64,000 nt of DNA from IMG/VR virus record IMGVR_UViG_3300044957_001482, positions 1 through 64,000 of that record; one strand, written 5' to 3'. This document shows, piece after piece, positions 57,145 to 64,000 of this stretch (positions are counted from its first letter, which is position 1; each line of letters opens with the position of its first letter). The notes under the pieces are model-generated. The model was given only the letters and a program-made list of their open reading frames with translations, searched no databases and was not told where the DNA came from. Position numbers and translations under genes: made by a program. The DNA is from a virus (taxonomy: Duplodnaviria; Caudoviricetes).

Positions 57145-58647
57145 ATGCCTGAAGAAATACAACGCAGCCGAGGTCGGCCTTCTAACTATCGTCAGGATCG
57201 CGGCGGCGTGCCTGCCGAATATGGTCCGTTTGTTGGTGTGGTCATGAACAATGTTGATGTCACACGCAACGGTCGCTTGCAGGTCTTTATCGAAGTGTTT
57301 GCTGCCGGAGACATGAACGATGATTCAAAATGGACCACGGTAAGTTATCTTCCGCATTTTTACGGAGCCACACCACCGGGCAACACCGGAACAGCCAACG
57401 ACGGTCAATATCCCGGCAACCAGAATTCCTATGGCATGTGGTTCACACCGCCCGATCTCGGAGTCAAAGTCATTTGTATTTTTGCCAACGGTGATCGTAG
57501 CCAGGGCTATTACATTGGTGTGATACCGGAAAACAGTCTCAACCACATGATTCCGGCCATTGGTGCCGAGGGCAACTATATTCCCGGCAATGAGAACCAG
57601 ACCGTGTATTTTAAAAACGCACCGTTGATGCCGGTCACAGAGATCAACACTGCCAACGAGCGCTTGGACAATGCCGGACGATTCTTTGAGCAGGCCAAGC
57701 CCATACAGTCAGTGGTGGCCAGTGCCATGTTCCAGCAGGGTCTGGCACGAGACATCGAACGTGGGCCCATACGCAGCAGCGCCCAACGCGAAAGCCCCAG
57801 TGCCTGCTTTGGTTTCAGCACACCCGGGGTAGCCATCTATCAGGGCGGGCTGACTCCACGAGAAATACGAGCACAACTCAACAGTGGTACAGTGCAACCC
57901 GCTGACCTACGAGTGATTGGTCGCATGGGCGGACACACCCTGGTCATGGACGACGGTGACATCGACGGCACCAACAGCCTGTTTAGATTGCGCACAGCCA
58001 AGGGCCATCAGATAACCATGAATGATTCGGGAAATTTCCTGTACATCATACATGCCAACGGACAGACCTGGATCGAACTGGGAGTAGAAGGCACAGTGGA
58101 CATATTTTCCACCAATTCGGTCAATGTGCGCACTCAAGGCGATGTCAATCTGCATGCAGATCGAGACATCAACATGTGGGCCGGGCGAGATTTCAATGTC
58201 AAGGCCGTGGGCAACGTGATCATGGAGGCCGGAGTCAACTGCAACATCACTGCTACCGATGATTTCAAAATCTACAGCAAAGCCACGCTGGGAGTTCGTG
58301 CCGACGGTACTCTGGCATTGCAGAGCAAGGGCGGTTCCTGGAACGCTGGTCCCAGCATGAAAGTCACAGCGGGCATGATCGATCTCAACGGCCCTCGGGC
58401 GCCCACGGTGGAACGACCAGTTCCTCTCAAGAAGACCAAGCTGGACGAAACCGAATTCAACGCAGCCACGGGGTGGGAAGTCAAGACTGAAAAACTCGAA
58501 AGCATCGTACCGCGGGCGCCCACGCACGAACCCTGGCCCTATCACAATCAAGGGGTAGATGTGGATGTAAGTCTGCAACAAAGTGGCAACCAGGCTCCTC
58601 CGGGCTCGTCGCCGATACCAGCCGGTGTAAACATTTCTAGATCATGA
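57145..58647 (+). CDS. Baseplate central spike (gp5/VgrG-like OB fold plus beta-helix)
   Basis: GRLQVFI, SYGMWFTPPDLG, RTAKGHQITMND, HEPWPYH. Confidence 0.75.
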   Translation: MPEEIQRSRGRPSNYRQDRGGVPAEYGPFVGVVMNNVDVTRNGRLQVFIEVFAAGDMNDDSKWTTVSYLPHFYGATPPGNTGTANDGQYPGNQNSYGMWFTPPDLGVKVICIFANGDRSQGYYIGVIPENSLNHMIPAIGAEGNYIPGNENQTVYFKNAPLMPVTEINTANERLDNAGRFFEQAKPIQSVVASAMFQQGLARDIERGPIRSSAQRESPSACFGFSTPGVAIYQGGLTPREIRAQLNSGTVQPADLRVIGRMGGHTLVMDDGDIDGTNSLFRLRTAKGHQITMNDSGNFLYIIHANGQTWIELGVEGTVDIFSTNSVNVRTQGDVNLHADRDINMWAGRDFNVKAVGNVIMEAGVNCNITATDDFKIYSKATLGVRADGTLALQSKGGSWNAGPSMKVTAGMIDLNGPRAPTVERPVPLKKTKLDETEFNAATGWEVKTEKLESIVPRAPTHEPWPYHNQGVDVDVSLQQSGNQAPPGSSPIPAGVNISRS

Positions 58648-60002
58648 GTCTCTTTTCTTTTATAGATCCTGCCACCGGTGCTCGGTTTCGAGTGGAAGGC
58701 CGTACTGATCTCACCGAAGCACAGGCACGCACTATTTTTGAGCAGCAACGCACAGCTGGCGGTCTGGTAGGCATGCGCGCCGGCGACACTGTTAATTCCT
58801 GGACCCAGGCCATGTCAGGACTCGACTCTGCGCGTGCCGAAGTAGCGCAGAGCGTGGCTCAGGCACCGCGGCCTGGCACAGCAGTGCAAACAGTCAGTCG
58901 TCTCACACAGGCCAGTTTTTCTGGTGTGCCATCGGCGGGTATCTCTGTAGCTGACTATGGTCGACAACTCCCGGCCTTGCGCAGCATAGCCAATCTTGAC
59001 CAATCAGTGGTACGTGGTACAGTGGCCCAGGCAGCAACCCTGTCCGGCCAGACCGTGGACCAGATTTCCAATCTGGGAGGAGTGGGGAAATTTGGTCTAT
59101 CGGCCATGCAACTGGAACGCCAGGGAGTGATCAAGCCAGGCACTGTGGCGAGGTTTCTGGGACCGGGCAGTACCAATACTCTCCAGAGTGTTCTCAAAAG
59201 CCCTGCGGTATGGACCGGCAAGCAAGGCATGTCGGGTTTGTCTGATATGTTGAGCAACGGCCCGGCACAGGACCGCATGCAACAAGACCTTATGAAAACA
59301 GGCCTGAAACAAATCAAATCGTTCGGCATACCAGTTGATTCGCTCAGCGCCCAATCCGTGGCCGGTCTGACCTTGACCTCGGCCAAGAGTGTGGAAGGTG
59401 CAGTGGACTGGGCACAAGGACGGGCCGGCGGCATTGCTTCGGGACTGCAGAGTCAGTTTGACAACATCGCACGCAATGCCAGTTTCGCTGTGGGCTTTAC
59501 CAACACCAAGGTCAGCAATGCCATGAAAGGCATAGAAATACCTCAACCCGCCACTGACACTGTGCAAAGACAAACCGTAGATGCTGCTGCCACCCGTGTG
59601 GTAGGCAACGAAAAAGTGCCACCGGTCAGTTACAATACACAAAAACAAACCGTAGATGCTGCTGCTCTCGATAGCATCCTACTGGAACAAAAGGAAGCGA
59701 TAGATCGGGTAAAAGTGTTGAATGAGCGATGGGGCACCACCCTAGACCAAGAAGATCTCATCGCAGACAATCCAAACATTGCAGTTGATATTGTGAGAGA
59801 ACTTGAAAGCATAGCCTCAGATCTAACCGATACCAAAGCTCAATTCCAGAATATAAAACAGCGCGCCGAAGCATTCAAGCCCCCTCGGACTGTCATATCA
59901 GAACGGGCAGAGCTTTTTATCAGATTGATATTAAGCACCCTTAAAAGTGTGGATCAGAGTGTTGTAAGAGTGCGCCAAAAAGCTGAAGCCGCCCGGCGGT
60001 AA
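58644..60002 (+). CDS. Baseplate-associated hypothetical protein
   Basis: ATGA overlap with gp5; GVGKFG...QLERQGVIKPG...WTGKQG motif; coiled-coil tail. Confidence 0.55.
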   Translation: MSLFSFIDPATGARFRVEGRTDLTEAQARTIFEQQRTAGGLVGMRAGDTVNSWTQAMSGLDSARAEVAQSVAQAPRPGTAVQTVSRLTQASFSGVPSAGISVADYGRQLPALRSIANLDQSVVRGTVAQAATLSGQTVDQISNLGGVGKFGLSAMQLERQGVIKPGTVARFLGPGSTNTLQSVLKSPAVWTGKQGMSGLSDMLSNGPAQDRMQQDLMKTGLKQIKSFGIPVDSLSAQSVAGLTLTSAKSVEGAVDWAQGRAGGIASGLQSQFDNIARNASFAVGFTNTKVSNAMKGIEIPQPATDTVQRQTVDAAATRVVGNEKVPPVSYNTQKQTVDAAALDSILLEQKEAIDRVKVLNERWGTTLDQEDLIADNPNIAVDIVRELESIASDLTDTKAQFQNIKQRAEAFKPPRTVISERAELFIRLILSTLKSVDQSVVRVRQKAEAARR

Positions 60003-60012
60003 ATAATTTGCT

Positions 60013-60387
60013 ATGCCCACATTCATCGGCTTTAATACTATCGGACAGGTAAAGAAGTTTACTTTGACCGATTTTGACCTGATCAAGCGCGATCTGCTCA
60101 ATGCATTCCTCATCCGCCAGGGAGAACTGCCAGGCCGCCCTGGCTACGGCACACAGTTGTGGAACCTCCATTTTGAAAATCAGATCGAGCCCTTGCAGGC
60201 AGCCATAGTCAACGAAATACAGCGAGTGGCCGGCGGCGATCCGCGCATACAGGTCACAGACGTACAGGTATTTCCACAACAGAACGGCATATTGATACAG
60301 TTGCAAATCGTGGTAGTGCCCACTACCACAGCAGAGATACTCAGCATATTTTTCGACCTACAGAAACGCAACGCCAGTTACGTATAA
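60013..60387 (+). CDS. Baseplate wedge subunit (gp25-like)
   Basis: LIKRDLLN...GELPGRPGYGT...DPRI. Confidence 0.88.
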   Translation: MPTFIGFNTIGQVKKFTLTDFDLIKRDLLNAFLIRQGELPGRPGYGTQLWNLHFENQIEPLQAAIVNEIQRVAGGDPRIQVTDVQVFPQQNGILIQLQIVVVPTTTAEILSIFFDLQKRNASYV

Positions 60388-60442
60388 CTAAGCTGTTTTT
60401 GATAGCTATAAATATCACTACACAACCCAAAGTCGGAATTCA

Positions 60443-63400
60443 ATGGCACAAACTACAAGACAAACAGCGATATTTGGTGTAGAGGACTGGAAACAGATTT
60501 ACCAGACCTATCGCGAAGCAGATTTTCAAAGCTATGACTTTGAAACCCTGCGCAAAAGTTTCATTGACTACCTACGCCTGTATTATCCCGAAACATTCAA
60601 CGACTACATCGAATCATCGGAATTCATCGCCTTGCTGGATGTGATCGCGTTCATGGGACAGGCCATGGCATTCCGAGCCGATCTCAATGCCAGAGAAAAC
60701 TATCTAGACACTGCCGAGCGCAGAGATTCGGTGGTGAGACTGGCAAATCTGGTCAGCTATACCGCCAAGCGCAACACTGCAGCATCGGGTTATCTCAAGG
60801 TATTCAATGTGGTTACCACCGAAAACGTGGTAGACTACAACGGAGTCAATTTGAGCAATGTCACGGTGAACTGGACCGACCCTACCAACCCAGACTGGCA
60901 AGAGCAGTTCACGGCCATAATCAATGCAGCCATGGTCAGCGGACAACGAGTGGGGCGCCCGGGAAATCGCCAGACCATCCTGGGAGTGCGCACCGACGAA
61001 TACGCCATAAATCTTGTTCCTGGCTTCCTGCCCGTGGTCACATATTCGGCCACAGTGGACGGCATCAATATGCCGTTTGAGGCAGTGACTGCTACGTCAC
61101 AAGGCGAACCCTATGTCTATGAACCGCCTCCCAGACCTGGCACACCATTCAATGTTTTATTCCGCAATGATCAACTGGGATTCAGCAGTGCTGACACCGG
61201 TTATTTTTTCCTGTTCAAGCAAGGCACCCTGCAAAATCAAGATTTCAACTTGGCCGAACGCATTTCCAATCGCACAGTCAATGTCAATATCGAAGGCGTC
61301 AACAACCAGGATCGCTGGCTGTTTCAGTTGGACAATGTTGGTACCGTGACCCGCGAGTGGGTTTACGTCGATAATATCTATGCCGCGGCCGGAGAACCCG
61401 GTCTGCGTCCAGTATACTCCACTACCAGTCGTGCCAACGATCAGATTACCCTGGTATTTGGTGATGGTGTGTTTGCCGAGATACCCGTGGGAACTTTCCG
61501 TGCCTACGTGCGCGCCTCCAATGGCCTGCAATACATCATCAATCCCGAAGAAATGCAGAATGTGGTCATACCCATATCCTACATCAGTCGCAGTGGCAAC
61601 CTGGAAACCATAACTTTTACCTGTGGTATCACGCGTCCGATATCCAATGCCCAGACCCGCGAGCGCATTGATTCTATCAAACAACGTGCCCCGGCACGGT
61701 ACTATGCTCAAAATCGCATGGTCAACGGTGAAGACTACAATCTTTTTCCTTTCACTGCATTCAATTCTATCATCAAGAGCAAGGCACTGAACCGCGCATC
61801 CATCGGTACCAGTCGTTATCTTGATCTGGTAGATAACACTGGCAAATATTCCAGCACCAACACTTTTGGTAGCGACGGTGGGATGTGGCAAGAAAATCCA
61901 CTGCCAACCATACTGTTTTCCTGGACCAATCGCAACGAGATCGTAGACATCATTACCAATCAAGTGCAACCACAACTGGGCGAAGCCATCACCAAACAGT
62001 TTTACTATGCCAACTTTCCGAGAAAATTGGTCAACACCGTGGAATTTGTGTGTACGTCGACCAGCTCCACTACCAATGCCATCAGTACCAGTTCGCAGGA
62101 ATTTTTCCAATACGTGAGTGAACTCCTGGGCCAGCAAATCAAGTTTGCCGATACCATTGGTGGCCTGATCGCCGGACTGCCTTACTATGTCAGGACCGTG
62201 GACACAACCAATCTGCGATTCACGGTGAGCGCCACAGTGGGTGGCCCGTCGGTGGCCTTGACCACGGCCACTCAGGGCGCGATGACCGCTCGTGCTGAGC
62301 TGATCACGTTCAACACCACCTGGAATCAGAGTACCACCTTTACCAACGAAACCACTGGTTATTTTAAAAACAACAGCGGCAGCCCGGTGTCGGTGGGGGC
62401 AGATTCCAGCCAGGTACTCAAATACATCGTGCCTAGAGCATTGATACTGTTCCGTGCCCCTGCTGGTTATTATTTTGATCGTAACAATCGCCTCCGGTTA
62501 GGTGAACCCACACGTGCCGACGAAAGAGTCACACTGTGGGCATCGCCATTGCGTGTGGACGGCGATGGATCCAACGGCGGTATCGGCAATTTTTCCAACG
62601 AAACCGGACCGGTGGTACTCAACAACTTTGTCCCCACCGGTGCCATAGTAGACACCGTGATTCCTCAGTTCATAGCTGATTTGCCCAGATCCGTGGAGAA
62701 TCAGGCTCGCGAGCAGATCGAACTGTTTCGCAATTTTGGCCTGGGATATGACAACAGTGGGTCCTTGACTGGAACTCCGAGTACGTGGTATCTCATAAAT
62801 CAGCAAAGCCTAGATATTGATGCTCCTTTTGCCATCACTCCGGGAATCAGCGGTCGTAATACCAACACCGGGCAGGACGCATCGTGGATGGTGCAGTTCG
62901 TGGTAGAAAATCAGAACTACGCTATAACATTCCGCGGTCTTGCCTATTACTTTGGATCGGTGTTGCAGACAAGATTTTTCTTCTACGAAGGGCAACAAGT
63001 GTATGACAGTCGCACTGGTACAATTATCCGCGACTTTGTCAACGTGCTGGCCGTCAACACTCGCCCGGATTCAACCGATCCCTTGCCAGGAGACATACCG
63101 GTGACCATCATAGGACAACCGGTACAAAGCGATGGCTTTGTGGATGATTTCCAGGTCCTGATTGGTTTTCGTGACAGCGACAATGACGGCGTGCCCGACG
63201 ACCCGGATTTCTTTAACGAAATCGTGTCTCCAGCAGTGAATCCCAACCAAAAGCTGGTATTTTTTGAACAAACTGTTGACTTTGATAACCTGCAGCGGTA
63301 TCTACTGGTCCAACCCGGACGAGTGACCAGCGACTATCCTACCCGGGATGCGATTGAGCTGGCCAAATTCGCATGGTCGCCGGGCCAAGTGTTTTATGCA

Positions 63401-64000
63401 TACGACGAACAAACTTTCTACCAACTATCACGCACTGTGACTGGGGTTCTGACGATCGACCCGGTTAGTGGTTGGATCGCCCGCACAGGACGCCAGGCTC
63501 TGTACTATCAATATCGGCACAATTCTCCGCTGACCAATCGCATCGATCCGGGTACCACCAATATCATTGATCTTTACGTGGTCACACTGAGTTACTACAC
63601 TGCCTATCAGAACTGGCTCAAAGACACCACCGAGACCATACCCGAACCTCTGCCGCCCACGATCAATGATCTCAATGTCGAGTATCAACATCTCAACGAT
63701 TTCAAAATGATTTCTGACAACTTGGTGTTGAATTCAGTGTCATTCAAGCCGCTGTTTGGCGCCAAAGCTTCTCCAGAATTACGAGCCACAATCAAAGTCA
63801 TACGAGCACAGAATTCCACAGCCAGCGTCAGCGAAATCAAGAGTTCGGTCCTGGCTGAAATGAACAACTATTTCAGCATTGACAAATGGGACTTTGGATC
63901 TACCTTTTACTTCAGCGAACTGGCAGGGGTCCTGCATCGGCAATTGGGTACCATTATCAGTTCTGTGATCCTGGTACCCCTGGATCCACAAAAATCATTT
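60443..64000 (+). CDS. Baseplate wedge subunit (gp6-like), partial
   Basis: Own translation MAQTTRQ...SYDFETLR...FNDYIESSE...ENYLDTAERR...FGDGVF...QNRMVNGEDY; appears open to window end. Confidence 0.85.
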   Translation, partial: MAQTTRQTAIFGVEDWKQIYQTYREADFQSYDFETLRKSFIDYLRLYYPETFNDYIESSEFIALLDVIAFMGQAMAFRADLNARENYLDTAERRDSVVRLANLVSYTAKRNTAASGYLKVFNVVTTENVVDYNGVNLSNVTVNWTDPTNPDWQEQFTAIINAAMVSGQRVGRPGNRQTILGVRTDEYAINLVPGFLPVVTYSATVDGINMPFEAVTATSQGEPYVYEPPPRPGTPFNVLFRNDQLGFSSADTGYFFLFKQGTLQNQDFNLAERISNRTVNVNIEGVNNQDRWLFQLDNVGTVTREWVYVDNIYAAAGEPGLRPVYSTTSRANDQITLVFGDGVFAEIPVGTFRAYVRASNGLQYIINPEEMQNVVIPISYISRSGNLETITFTCGITRPISNAQTRERIDSIKQRAPARYYAQNRMVNGEDYNLFPFTAFNSIIKSKALNRASIGTSRYLDLVDNTGKYSSTNTFGSDGGMWQENPLPTILFSWTNRNEIVDIITNQVQPQLGEAITKQFYYANFPRKLVNTVEFVCTSTSSTTNAISTSSQEFFQYVSELLGQQIKFADTIGGLIAGLPYYVRTVDTTNLRFTVSATVGGPSVALTTATQGAMTARAELITFNTTWNQSTTFTNETTGYFKNNSGSPVSVGADSSQVLKYIVPRALILFRAPAGYYFDRNNRLRLGEPTRADERVTLWASPLRVDGDGSNGGIGNFSNETGPVVLNNFVPTGAIVDTVIPQFIADLPRSVENQAREQIELFRNFGLGYDNSGSLTGTPSTWYLINQQSLDIDAPFAITPGISGRNTNTGQDASWMVQFVVENQNYAITFRGLAYYFGSVLQTRFFFYEGQQVYDSRTGTIIRDFVNVLAVNTRPDSTDPLPGDIPVTIIGQPVQSDGFVDDFQVLIGFRDSDNDGVPDDPDFFNEIVSPAVNPNQKLVFFEQTVDFDNLQRYLLVQPGRVTSDYPTRDAIELAKFAWSPGQVFYAYDEQTFYQLSRTVTGVLTIDPVSGWIARTGRQALYYQYRHNSPLTNRIDPGTTNIIDLYVVTLSYYTAYQNWLKDTTETIPEPLPPTINDLNVEYQHLNDFKMISDNLVLNSVSFKPLFGAKASPELRATIKVIRAQNSTASVSEIKSSVLAEMNNYFSIDKWDFGSTFYFSELAGVLHRQLGTIISSVILVPLDPQKSF

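Noticed and set aside
61157-62137. 326-aa minus-strand ORF and similar antisense ORFs across the window
   Set aside because: Shadows of well-supported genes on the opposite strand (here gp6)

Overview
A 64-kb segment of a large T4-like myophage, annotated from motifs and recalled family knowledge only (no searches run). It holds most of the virion module: portal, prohead protease, scaffold and major capsid (gp20-23), neck proteins (gp13/14/15), sheath, tube, baseplate (gp5/6/25/26/27/48/53-like), tape measure and tail fibres. It also encodes a gp55-like late sigma factor, gp46/gp47, a resolvase, a dNMP kinase and free-standing GIY-YIG/HNH endonucleases. The most unusual part is a ~3-kb mosaic island just downstream of the capsid terminator (28.3-31.3 kb). 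It carries decayed iscU and iscA, an intact NAD-dependent formate dehydrogenase with a sigma70-type promoter and a three-way-junction leader, and a GC-rich exported c-type cytochrome, suggesting C1/redox auxiliary metabolism. Other candidates: a ~400-nt hairpin-rich non-coding element (44.9-45.3 kb), a likely programmed -1 frameshift joining the gp26-like and gp51-like ORFs, an amidinotransferase/Arg-transferase-like operon, internal head proteins with capsid-targeting-like N-termini, and TAAATA late promoters 4-8 nt before start codons (probably leaderless mRNAs).
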